Origin: Candidatus Eiseniibacteriota bacterium
Lineage (GTDB): Bacteria > Eisenbacteria > RBG-16-71-46
Assembly: GCA_038231135.1 (NCBI GenBank)
Contig: JBBRLX010000040.1
Span: 1 to 29,578, forward strand
Length of the DNA stretch: 29,578 bases
Direction: 5' to 3'
The translations under genes were made by a program, and so were the position numbers. The notes beneath the pieces are model-generated. The model did no database searches, had not been told where the DNA came from, and saw nothing but the letters and a program-made list of their open reading frames with translations. Numbering within the stretch: the first letter of the stretch is position 1; every line of letters starts with the position of its first letter. This document shows, piece after piece, positions 1-8,483 of this stretch.

Positions 1-174
1 GACGCAATACGAGTGCATCGACGGGTAGGCCTGCGGCAGGTAGAGCTTGCGCGCATCGAACTCGGCGACGTGTGCAAGCACGACGGCCGACGCATCCTGC
101 TCGCGAAGGTCGACGACGGGCAGATTCCGGGACAGCACTTCATCGGTGAGATGGGTCAGCGCAAATCGAGTCAT
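1..174 (-). CDS. 5' part of an HNH endonuclease-associated (DUF222-like) protein; runs off the left edge
   Basis: Not in the ORF track. My translation from ATG at 174 is MTRFALTHLTDEVLSRNLPVVDLREQDASAVVLAHVAEFDARKLYLPQAYPSMHSYCV, open to position 1. It resembles the 'LAHIAEVDARRLYL..GYPSM..YCV' N-terminus of multi-copy HNH-domain proteins. A TACAAT -10-like hexamer lies at 216-221 (- strand). Confidence 0.7.
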   Translation of the reverse strand, partial: MTRFALTHLTDEVLSRNLPVVDLREQDASAVVLAHVAEFDARKLYLPQAYPSMHSYCV

Positions 175-212
175 GGGGTCGCTCACTGGATCGAATGAGC
201 GGGGGCTCTGAC

Positions 213-560
213 TCAATTGTAGCGCGAGTGAATTGGACGCTCGGGGATCGCGTGATACCGCCTGGAGAGCAAGGCGTCGAACATTTCGCGCGGAGAGTGA
301 TTCGATCGGGTGGCGCTGGAATCTAGAGCGCCATGAACGATCCCCGTTGCTAGGCCAAGCAGGTTCGCGACTGCCACCAGCGCTGGCACGCCGACGGGGT
401 CCCCTCCCCTAGACTCGGAGATTCCCGCAGCCATGAAGGCGATCAGTCCGCTTATGAGCCCGATGGTTCCGACGATCAGGTTGTAGGGCAGTCGTCGAAC
501 TTCCCACCAACGAACGATGCCATGCCCATCGCCGGGTTCGTTCGCTCGGACACCTCTCCG
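213..560 (-). pseudogene. probable degenerate fragment of a small membrane protein gene
   Basis: The segment GIVRWWEVRRLPYNLIVGTIGLISGLIAFMAAG looks protein-like (WWE.RR..YN motif plus a TM helix). There is no convincing start or RBS, the C-terminus looks like non-coding read-through, and GC3 bias is weaker than in neighbouring genes. Confidence 0.4.
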
Positions 561-590
561 TATCGCCCCTGAGCCGGAATCCGCCCTACT

Positions 591-618
591 TTGAACACGA
601 CCCACCCTTTGTTAGGTT
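591..618 (+). promoter_or_regulatory. putative sigma70 promoter of the nuo cluster
   Basis: TTGAAC (591-596), 16-nt spacer, then TAGGTT (613-618) preceded by TGn (extended -10), in an AT-richer patch about 65 nt upstream of nuoBCD. Confidence 0.45.
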
Positions 619-684
619 CACCCCGTTCAATGGGCTACGCCTGTTCTTGCAGTCTTCCGCCGCCACCCCGGCACCGAGGTGTGT

Positions 685-3114
685 GTGACGATCGCTACCC
701 GCCCGAATCGGATCACCGTCGCGAGCCCCGAGAGCATTCCCGAGGCGCTCGAAGAGTCGGTGTTCCTCGCCCGGATGGACGACCTCGTCAACTGGGGCCG
801 GGCGAATTCCATGTGGCCCATGTTCTTCGGGCTGTCGTGCTGCTTCGTGGAGATGGCCACCGCGATCACCTCGCGCCACGACATCTCGCGGTTCGGCGCC
901 GAGGTCATGCGCGGCTCGCCGCGCCAGTCGGACCTGATGGTGGTCGCCGGAACCGTTTTCAAGAAAGTGGCGCCCGCGCTGATCCGGCTCTACGAGCAGA
1001 TGCTCGAGCCGCGCTGGGTGATCTCGATGGGCAGTTGCTCCAATTCCGGCGGCATGTTCGACGTGTACTCGGTCGTGCAGGGCGTGGACACGCTGCTGCC
1101 GGTCGACGCCTACATCCAGGGCTGTCCGCCGCGGCCGGAGTCGGTGATGGAAGCGCTGATGCTGCTGCAGGAGAAAATCAAGCGCACCGAGCGGCCGTTC
1201 CGCGAGGTGCTGCGGCGTAAGGACGGCACGTCGGGCACCATCAAGCCACCCCGCATCGTGGGCGTGACCACCACCGACGATCCGCGCGGGCCGGGCCTCG
1301 AAGGCACGCGGCCCCGCGGCACGATCCTCCGGCCCAATTCGGACATTCCGGCCGCCTACTTCCCCACCTGGACGCCGCCGTCGCCGGTGCGGATGCGCGA
1401 CGACGGGCTCGAGTCGGTGGAGTCCGGGCTGCGCGAACGCCTCGGCGGCCAGCTCGCGCGCGACACCGGCGAGTACGGGCCGACCGACACGCTGACGTGG
1501 AAGATCAAGCCGGAGCAGCTCACGCCGGCACTCGAATACCTGAAGACCCAGTCGCCGGTGCCGTTCCAGCGCCTCGAGTTCGCGGCGGGCATCGACAACC
1601 GGCCGCGCGGCGCGGGCTTCCGCGCGGTGTACCAGGTCGCGGCGCTCAGGAAGGACAAGCCGATGGTGCGGCTGGCGGTCGACATGGGCACCGACAATCC
1701 GCGGATGACCTCGGCCACCTCGGTGTTCCGCTGCGCGACGTGGTACGAGCGCGAGATGTGGGACATGTTCGGCATCCGGTTCGACGGCCTCGCCGATCAC
1801 CGGCGGCTGTACATGCCGTCGTGCTGGAAGGGCCACCCGCTACGCAAGGACCATCCCTACCGCGGCACCGAGATGCCGCACTTCACGGCCGAGGACGCGC
1901 TCGAGTTCGAGAAGTCGATCGACGAGTACCCCAAGTACAAGCAGGAGGAGGAGGGCACGCTCATCATGAGCATGGGCCCGAATCATCCCGCGACGCACGG
2001 CGTGATCCGGCTGATCCTGAAGCTCGACGGCGAGGACATCGAGGACGTCGACATTGACTGCGGCTACCACCACCGCAGCCCCGAGAAGATCGCCGAGCGG
2101 CAGACCTACCACCGCTTCATCCCTTACACCGACCGCGTGGACTACCTGTCGGGCGTCCAGAACAACTGGCCATACCTGCTGGCGGTCGAGCGGCTGCTGG
2201 GCTGCGAGGTGCCGGAGCGGGCGCAGATCATCCGCATCATGATGGCCGAGCTGTTCCGCATCATCAGCCACCAGGTGTGGCTGGGCACGTTCGCGCAGGA
2301 CGCGGGCGCCCTGACCCCGGTGTTCTTCACGTTCGAGCACCGCGAGCAGATCCTCGACTTCGTGGCGAAGGTCACGGGCGGCCGCATGCACCCGAGCTGG
2401 TTCCGCGTCGGCGGCGTGACGCAGGACCTGCCCGAGGGCTGGCGCGCGGACATGGAGGCGTGGCTCAAGCGGTTCCCGTCGCAGATGCGCGACATCGAGA
2501 ACCTGCTCACGGGCAGCCCGATTTTCGTGGCCCGCACGCGCGACACCGGCGGCATCTCGATCCCCGAGGCGATCGACCTGGGCTTCACCGGGCCCAACCT
2601 GCGCGCGGCCGGCCTCAAGTGGGACCTGCGCAAGGACGCGCCCTACGGCGGCTACGACAAGTTCGAGTTCGACATCCCGACGACATCGACCGGCGACAAC
2701 TACGACCGGTACCTGATCCACATCGCCGAGATGTGGCAGAGCCATCGCATCATCGAGCAGTGCGTGAAGCACATGCCGGACGGCGACTACGTGAATCCGG
2801 ACTACCGCTACTCGGTGCCGGAGCCGGGCCGCATGCTCCACCACATCGAGAGTCTCATTCATCACTTCGTCAACGTGTCGCGTGGGTTCGTGCCGCCGGC
2901 GGGCGAGGCGTACGCCTCGATCGAGGCGCCGAAGGGCGAGTACGGCTACTACGTGATCTCGGACGGCAGCAACCTGCCCTACCGCGTGTTCATCCGCACG
3001 TCGTCGTATCCCCACATGCAGGCGCTGCCGCAGCTGGTCCGCGGCCAGAAGATCTCGGACCTGGTGGTGACGCTCGGCGGCATCGACTTCGTGCTCGGAG
3101 ACATCGACAAATGA
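685..3114 (+). CDS. nuoBCD: NADH-quinone oxidoreductase subunit B/C/D triple fusion
   Basis: NuoB motifs [31 protein letters not shown]; NuoC motifs [12 protein letters not shown] and GHPLRKD; NuoD motifs [24 protein letters not shown] and C-terminal DFVLGDIDK, all in one frame. GTG start at 685 after GAGG (676-679); the ORF track starts at 679. Confidence 0.95.
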   Translation: MTIATRPNRITVASPESIPEALEESVFLARMDDLVNWGRANSMWPMFFGLSCCFVEMATAITSRHDISRFGAEVMRGSPRQSDLMVVAGTVFKKVAPALIRLYEQMLEPRWVISMGSCSNSGGMFDVYSVVQGVDTLLPVDAYIQGCPPRPESVMEALMLLQEKIKRTERPFREVLRRKDGTSGTIKPPRIVGVTTTDDPRGPGLEGTRPRGTILRPNSDIPAAYFPTWTPPSPVRMRDDGLESVESGLRERLGGQLARDTGEYGPTDTLTWKIKPEQLTPALEYLKTQSPVPFQRLEFAAGIDNRPRGAGFRAVYQVAALRKDKPMVRLAVDMGTDNPRMTSATSVFRCATWYEREMWDMFGIRFDGLADHRRLYMPSCWKGHPLRKDHPYRGTEMPHFTAEDALEFEKSIDEYPKYKQEEEGTLIMSMGPNHPATHGVIRLILKLDGEDIEDVDIDCGYHHRSPEKIAERQTYHRFIPYTDRVDYLSGVQNNWPYLLAVERLLGCEVPERAQIIRIMMAELFRIISHQVWLGTFAQDAGALTPVFFTFEHREQILDFVAKVTGGRMHPSWFRVGGVTQDLPEGWRADMEAWLKRFPSQMRDIENLLTGSPIFVARTRDTGGISIPEAIDLGFTGPNLRAAGLKWDLRKDAPYGGYDKFEFDIPTTSTGDNYDRYLIHIAEMWQSHRIIEQCVKHMPDGDYVNPDYRYSVPEPGRMLHHIESLIHHFVNVSRGFVPPAGEAYASIEAPKGEYGYYVISDGSNLPYRVFIRTSSYPHMQALPQLVRGQKISDLVVTLGGIDFVLGDIDK

Positions 3115-3620
3115 GCGATCCGCAGCTCGACGTTCACGGCAACGCCGTCAAGCTCGAACTCGGTCCCGACGAGCGCGCGCGCAAGCGCGAGAAGATCGTG
3201 GACGTGCTGTGGGCGATCCAGCAGCGCAAGGGGTGGATCGACGACAACTCGCTCAAGGCCGCCGCGGCCGAGTGCGCGCTGAGCCCGCAGGAGGCCGACG
3301 AGGTCGCGACGTTCTACAACCTGCTGTTCCGCCGGCCCGTCGGCAAGCGCGTCGTGTTCGTGTGCGACAGCATCTCGTGCGAGCTGACCGGGGGTGCGGT
3401 GCTCATGGAGCGGCTGTGCGCCGAGCTCGCGATCGAGCCGGGCGGCACCACGGCGGACGGCGAGTACACGGTGCTGCCGATCGTGTGCCTCGGCCATTGC
3501 GACATGGCGCCGTGCTGCCTCGCGGGCGAGACCGTGCACGGCCCGCTCGACTCCGCCCCCGACGCGATCAAGTCTCTCATTCAAAGGATCAAGAATGACC
3601 GAAGTGCTGCTCGCGGCTAA
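3111..3620 (+). CDS. nuoE: NADH-quinone oxidoreductase subunit E ([2Fe-2S] N1a)
   Basis: ATGA overlap with the nuoBCD stop; motifs EVATFY, VCDSISC and CLGHC. Confidence 0.93.
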   Translation: MSDPQLDVHGNAVKLELGPDERARKREKIVDVLWAIQQRKGWIDDNSLKAAAAECALSPQEADEVATFYNLLFRRPVGKRVVFVCDSISCELTGGAVLMERLCAELAIEPGGTTADGEYTVLPIVCLGHCDMAPCCLAGETVHGPLDSAPDAIKSLIQRIKNDRSAARG

Positions 3621-4899
3621 GGGCAAGAACGGCGCGCCCGCCACACTCGACGAGTACAGGAGCGCCCAGGGCTACGCCACGCTCGAGCGCGTGCTCAAGG
3701 ACATGAAGCCGGCCGATCTGATTCCGATCGTCAAGGATTCGGGGCTGCGCGGCCGCGGCGGCGCCGGGTTCCCGTCGGGCCTCAAGTGGTCGTTCGTCGC
3801 CACCGGCGACAAGGCCGACGGCGGTCCCAAGTACCTGGTCGTCAACGCCGACGAGATGGAACCCGGCACGTTCAAGGACCGGGTCATCCTCGAGAGCAAC
3901 CCGCACGTCATGATCGAAGGCATCGTGCTCGCCGCCTACGCCATGGAGATGACCGACGGGTTCGTGTTCATCCGCCGCGAGTACTTCAAGCAGGCGGACA
4001 TCCTCGAGCGGGCGATCGACGAGGCGCGCAAGGCGGGCATCCTCGGCCACAGCGTGCTGGGCGGCAAATGGTCGTTCGACATCCACGTCCATCGCTCGGG
4101 CGGCCGCTATATCTGCGGCGAGGAGACGGCGCTGTTGAACGCGTTCGAGGGCAGGAAGGCCCAGCCGCGCTCGAAGCCGCCGTTCCCCGCGGTGCGCGGC
4201 CTGTGGGGCCGCCCGACCACCGTGCACAACGTCGAGACGCTGGCGAACGTGCCGGGCATCCTGCGCAACGGCGCGGCGTGGTTCAAGGGGCTGGCGAAGA
4301 ACCCCGAGGGCGCCGGCACCAAGATGTACGGCGGCAGCGGTTCGCTCGAGCGCCCGATGTGCGTGGAACGTCCGATCGGGACCACGCTGCGCGAGTTGAT
4401 GGCCGAGATGGGCGGCGTGAAGGGCGGCAAGCAGTTGCTGGGCGTGATCCCGGGTGGCGCGTCGACTGCGTTCCTCACTCCCGAGCACCTCGACGTGCCG
4501 CTCGACTTCGATCCCGTCGTCAAGGTGGGGAGCCGGCTCGGGACCGGCACGTTCATCGTGTTCTCGGAGGACGACTGCCCGGTGCACGGCACGCTCAACC
4601 TGCAGCGGTTCTTCGCGCGCGAGTCGTGCGGCTTCTGCACCCCGTGCCGCGACGGCCTGCCGTTCGGCGTCGGCATCCTCGAGCGCATCGAGGGCGGCAC
4701 CGCCACGATGGGCGACCTCGACCTGCTCGACGACTTGTTCCGCAACATCGGCCCGAACTCGTTCTGCGCCCACGCCGCCGGTGCCGCCGAGCCGGTGCGC
4801 GGCCTCTACCAGCACTTTCGCGGCATCCTCGAGGACCACATTCACCAGCATCGCTGCCCGTTCCCCAAGCCTGGCGCGCGCGAGGTGACCCATGTCTGA
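3595..4899 (+). CDS. nuoF: NADH-quinone oxidoreductase subunit F (FMN/NADH binding, N3)
   Basis: Motifs SGLRGRGGAGFP, NADEMEPG, YICGEETALL and ESCGFCTPC...FC; ATG at 3595 after AAGGA. Confidence 0.96.
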   Translation: MTEVLLAAKGKNGAPATLDEYRSAQGYATLERVLKDMKPADLIPIVKDSGLRGRGGAGFPSGLKWSFVATGDKADGGPKYLVVNADEMEPGTFKDRVILESNPHVMIEGIVLAAYAMEMTDGFVFIRREYFKQADILERAIDEARKAGILGHSVLGGKWSFDIHVHRSGGRYICGEETALLNAFEGRKAQPRSKPPFPAVRGLWGRPTTVHNVETLANVPGILRNGAAWFKGLAKNPEGAGTKMYGGSGSLERPMCVERPIGTTLRELMAEMGGVKGGKQLLGVIPGGASTAFLTPEHLDVPLDFDPVVKVGSRLGTGTFIVFSEDDCPVHGTLNLQRFFARESCGFCTPCRDGLPFGVGILERIEGGTATMGDLDLLDDLFRNIGPNSFCAHAAGAAEPVRGLYQHFRGILEDHIHQHRCPFPKPGAREVTHV

Positions 4900-4922
4900 T
4901 CGCCGTACGACGGAGGCGTCGC

Positions 4923-7340
4923 GTGCCTGAGATCCTGTTCGACGGCCGGAAAATCGCGGTCCCGGCGGGCACGAACCTCGTCGAGGCGGGGCTCGCGGCC
5001 GGTGTGCCGGTGCCGGTGTTCTGCTACCACAAGGACCTGGGCGCCGTGGGCTCGTGCCGCGTGTGCGCCTGCACGATCAAGGGCGCCGACGGCAAGCCGC
5101 CGCGCACCGTGATGGCGTGCATGACCGCGGCCGCCGACGGTATGGAGGTGACGACGCTCGACAAGGCGTCGGTCGACCTGCGCCGCTACGTCGTCGAATG
5201 GCTGATGCTGAACCATCCGCACGACTGCCCGATTTGCGACGAGGGCGGCGAGTGCCAGCTCCAGGACGTGACGATCGCCTGCGGCCACAGCCAGCGCCGC
5301 GTGCCGACGATGAAGCGCACGTTCCAGAACCAGTTCCTCGGCGAGTTCATCCAGCACGAGATGAACCGCTGCATCACCTGCTACCGCTGCGAGCGGTTCT
5401 ATAAAGACTACGCGGGCGGCGACGACTTCGGTTCCACCGGCAGCCGCGATCGCGTGTACTTCGGGCGGTTCGAGGATGGCCCGCTCGAGAGCCCGTTCTC
5501 GGGCAACCTGGTCGAGATGTGCCCGACCGGCGTGTTCACGGACAAGCTGTTCCGCTACAAGTCGCGGGTGTGGGATCTCGAGATCGGCCACTCGGTGTGC
5601 CCGCACTGCTCCGTCGGTTGCAACGTGCACCCGGGGTCGCGATTCCGCGAGCTGCAGCGCGTGCGGGTGCGCGACAACCCGGCGGTGAACGGCGTGTTCC
5701 TGTGCGATCGCGGCCAGTTCGGCCACGGCTACGTGATGGACCCCGAGCGCCCGATGACCGTGCGCCTGCAGGGCGAGAGCACTAGCTGGGACCAGGCGCT
5801 GGGCACCGCGGGCGCCGAGCTGCTCGGCATCGCGCGCCACGCCGGGCCCGCGAGCATCGCGTTCGTCACCTCGGCCCGCGCCTCGGTCGAGACCCACGCG
5901 GCGCTCGAGGGGCTCGCCGAGGAATCGCTCGCGGGCTCGCGCATCGCGCATTTCGACGATCCCGACCGCGAGGCCCGCGCGCTCGTCGCGCTGCAGGCAC
6001 TGGCCGCCGCCGGCTGCCCGCCGCTCGACCAGGGCGATCTCGCGCATGTCGACGTGCTGTTGATCGCCGGCGCCGCGCTCGTGAACGAGGCGCCGCTCGC
6101 GGCGCTCGCCGCCCGCCAGGTGGCGCGGCGCGGCGGCAAGGTGTTCGTGCTCGCGCCCGGCGAGACCTACCTGAACGACGTTGCGACCGTGATCCCGGCG
6201 CACCCGGCGCGGCTCGCTGCCGAGCTCGGGACCGTGAGCGCCAAGCTCGGTGACTCGAACGGCGCGGCCGCGGACGATCCGCGCCTGACGCTCGCGCGCG
6301 CGCTGGCAGCCGCCAAGGCGCCAGGCATCCTGCTCGGCTCGGATCTGGTCGACGGCCCGGCGTTCCAGGCGGGCGCCGCGCTCGCCAAGGCGCTGGCGGC
6401 CCGCGGCACCGCGCCCCGGTTCGGCTGCGTGTTCCCCGGACCCAACGGCTTCGGGGCCGCGGCGATGTCGGCGAAGCCCGCGCTGCCGGGAATCCTCGCC
6501 GACCTCGAAGCGGGCAAGCTGCAGGCGATGGTGCTCGTCGAGTGCGAGACCAGCGCCTGGACGCCCGCGCAGGTCGAGGCGCTGAAGCAGCTCCCGCTGT
6601 GCGTGGTGCTCGATTACCTGCCGGGCCCGCTGCACCAGGCCGCGGGCATGTTCCTGCCCACCGAGGCGACCTACGAGACCGACGGCTCCTACGTGAATCG
6701 CGCCGGCCGACTGCAGGCGTTCGCGCGCTCGCGGCGCATCGGCGTGCCGGTGCGCGCCGACTTCCAGGGCTCGTCGTTCCCGCGCGACTACGCGGTGGAG
6801 CCGCCGCTCGGCGATGTGCGCGTCGCATGGCGCGTGCTCGAGCAACTGCGGCAGGCCGCGCTCGGCAAGGCGGAGGCCCGCACGCTGGCGGAGCTGCGCG
6901 CGCACATCGCGCGCACGCGTCCCGGCTGGGCGCCGCTGCGCGACATCGCCCCCGGCAGCCAGGGCGCCATGCTGGAGCTGGCGGTACTGGCGGCGCCGCA
7001 GGGCTCGCTCGCGGCGTTCCCGGCCGCGGGCAGTGGCCTCGCGGTGTTCCGCATCGATCGCACGCTCGGCAGCGAGGTGCTGTCCCGCGTCGCCGCGCCG
7101 ATGCGCAAGATGGCTGGCCCGCCCGTGGCGCTGCTGTCGCCGGCCGACGCGAAGCGCCTCGGCATCGACGGCGCCGGCTCGATTGGCATCACCGCCGGCA
7201 ATCGCACGGTGGAGCTGGCCGCGCGCGTGCACCCGGCCGTGCCCGAAGGTACACTGCTCGTTCCGCGTGACGCCGAGCTGCCGCACGGTCTCGCGCAGGG
7301 CGCCGCCGCGAACGTGGCCGCGCTCGCCGGGGCCCGGTGA
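4923..7340 (+). CDS. nuoG: NADH-quinone oxidoreductase subunit G (long form with the N7 cluster motif)
   Basis: GTG at 4923 after GGAGG. Motifs FCYH...GSCRVC (N1b), HPHDCPICDEGGEC (N5), RCITCYRC...CPTG (N4), CPHCSVGC...LCDRG (N7); molybdopterin-oxidoreductase-like C-terminal part. Confidence 0.94.
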   Translation: MPEILFDGRKIAVPAGTNLVEAGLAAGVPVPVFCYHKDLGAVGSCRVCACTIKGADGKPPRTVMACMTAAADGMEVTTLDKASVDLRRYVVEWLMLNHPHDCPICDEGGECQLQDVTIACGHSQRRVPTMKRTFQNQFLGEFIQHEMNRCITCYRCERFYKDYAGGDDFGSTGSRDRVYFGRFEDGPLESPFSGNLVEMCPTGVFTDKLFRYKSRVWDLEIGHSVCPHCSVGCNVHPGSRFRELQRVRVRDNPAVNGVFLCDRGQFGHGYVMDPERPMTVRLQGESTSWDQALGTAGAELLGIARHAGPASIAFVTSARASVETHAALEGLAEESLAGSRIAHFDDPDREARALVALQALAAAGCPPLDQGDLAHVDVLLIAGAALVNEAPLAALAARQVARRGGKVFVLAPGETYLNDVATVIPAHPARLAAELGTVSAKLGDSNGAAADDPRLTLARALAAAKAPGILLGSDLVDGPAFQAGAALAKALAARGTAPRFGCVFPGPNGFGAAAMSAKPALPGILADLEAGKLQAMVLVECETSAWTPAQVEALKQLPLCVVLDYLPGPLHQAAGMFLPTEATYETDGSYVNRAGRLQAFARSRRIGVPVRADFQGSSFPRDYAVEPPLGDVRVAWRVLEQLRQAALGKAEARTLAELRAHIARTRPGWAPLRDIAPGSQGAMLELAVLAAPQGSLAAFPAAGSGLAVFRIDRTLGSEVLSRVAAPMRKMAGPPVALLSPADAKRLGIDGAGSIGITAGNRTVELAARVHPAVPEGTLLVPRDAELPHGLAQGAAANVAALAGAR

Positions 7341-7365
7341 CGTCGCTCCACCCAGTGAGGACCGA

Positions 7366-7881
7366 ATGCTGAAGGAGACGCTGAACGGGCTGGGTGTGAC
7401 GCTCCGGCAGATGTTCAAGAAGCCGGTGACGGTCCAGTACCCCGAGGAGAAGCCCCAGGTCCCTGAGCGCTACCGCGGACGGATCATCCTCACCCGCGAC
7501 CCCAGCGGCGAGGAGCGCTGCGTCGCGTGCTATCTGTGCAGCTCCGCCTGCCCCGTCGATTGCATCACGATCTCGGCCTCCGAGCGCGAGGACGGCCGCC
7601 GGCTGCCCGAGGCGTTCCGCATCAACTTCAACCGCTGCATTTTCTGCGGCCTGTGCGCCGAGGCCTGCCCGACGCTGGCGCTGCAGATGACCACCGACTT
7701 CGAGATGGCGGAGACCGACGGCCGCAACCTGATCTACGAGAAGGAGGATCTGCTCGTCGATCACGGCGGCAAGTACCCGGACTACAGCTTCTGGGACGAA
7801 GCCGGCGTCGCGGTTACCCACGCGATGGGACACGGCAAGCAGGACGTGCCGCCGAGCGACCCGCGGTCGAATCTGCCCTGA
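7366..7881 (+). CDS. nuoI: NADH-quinone oxidoreductase subunit I (2x[4Fe-4S])
   Basis: Motifs VTVQYPEE, ERCVACYLCSSACP and RCIFCGLCAEACP; ATG at 7366 after GAGGA. Confidence 0.94.
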   Translation: MLKETLNGLGVTLRQMFKKPVTVQYPEEKPQVPERYRGRIILTRDPSGEERCVACYLCSSACPVDCITISASEREDGRRLPEAFRINFNRCIFCGLCAEACPTLALQMTTDFEMAETDGRNLIYEKEDLLVDHGGKYPDYSFWDEAGVAVTHAMGHGKQDVPPSDPRSNLP

Positions 7882-7916
7882 GTATTTTTCCCGAATCCAA
7901 TCGCCCGTGGACGCCG

Positions 7917-7957
7917 TAGGATGCTCGTGAAGGGCGGTCCCAGGGGCCGCCCCACGA
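7917..7957 (+). promoter_or_regulatory. putative -10 element and 5' leader hairpin of the SnoaL-like gene
   Basis: TAGGAT at 7917-7922, followed by an imperfect stem-loop TCGTG-AA-GGGCGGTCC...GGCCGCCC-CACGA (7925-7957). No U-tract. Confidence 0.35.
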
Positions 7958-7992
7958 CCCCATCCATTCACACCCCCTCGAGGAGGTTTTCC

Positions 7993-8409
7993 GTGGACGA
8001 GCAGAAGAATGTGCAGTTGGTGCAGGCCGCATACGCCGCGTTCGGGCGCGGCGACATCGACGCGATCCTGGGCATGACGTCGAACGACATCGACTGGCAG
8101 ACGTTCGGCCCCGACGAGCTGCCGACGGGCGGCCTGCGTCACGGCAAGCCCGAAGTCGCGAAGTTCTTCCAGCAGGTCGGCGCGGCGTGGAACTTCGAGC
8201 GCTTCGAGCCGCAGACCTTCATCGCCCAGGGTGACAACGTGGTGTCGCTCGGCATCTACACCGGCACCGCGAAGAGCACCGGGCGCAAGTTCTCGTCCGA
8301 GTTCGCGCACGTGTTCACGATCAAGAACGGCGTCGTGACGAAGTACCGCGAGTACGCCGACACGGCGAATCTCATCGGCGCCCTGTCGCCGAGCATGAGC
8401 CGCGCCTAG
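7993..8409 (+). CDS. NTF2/SnoaL-like (ketosteroid isomerase-like) protein
   Basis: GTG after AGGAGG; typical pattern NVQLVQAAYAAFGRGDIDA...HGKPEVAKFF...FAHVFTIKNG...YREYADT. Confidence 0.9.
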   Translation: MDEQKNVQLVQAAYAAFGRGDIDAILGMTSNDIDWQTFGPDELPTGGLRHGKPEVAKFFQQVGAAWNFERFEPQTFIAQGDNVVSLGIYTGTAKSTGRKFSSEFAHVFTIKNGVVTKYREYADTANLIGALSPSMSRA

Positions 8410-8437
8410 CCGTCACGGACATCGCAGATCCACGCAG

Positions 8438-8459
8438 CGGCCTCCGGCTTCGGAGGCCG
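8438..8459. terminator. GC hairpin between convergent genes, likely a bidirectional terminator
   Basis: Perfect 9-bp stem CGGCCTCCG-GCTT-CGGAGGCCG between the stops at 8409 and 8484. U-tracts are weak. Confidence 0.65.
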
Positions 8460-8483
8460 TTCGCGTTGGGATCGGGCGGAACA

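Noticed and set aside
13..198. 61-aa + strand ORF
   Set aside because: It is the antisense shadow of the - strand ORF starting at 174, which has recognisable motifs.
586..8310. Long - strand ORFs opposite the nuo genes (416, 391, 434, 858 and 373 aa)
   Set aside because: These are high-GC antisense shadows with Arg/Ala/His-rich composition and no motifs.
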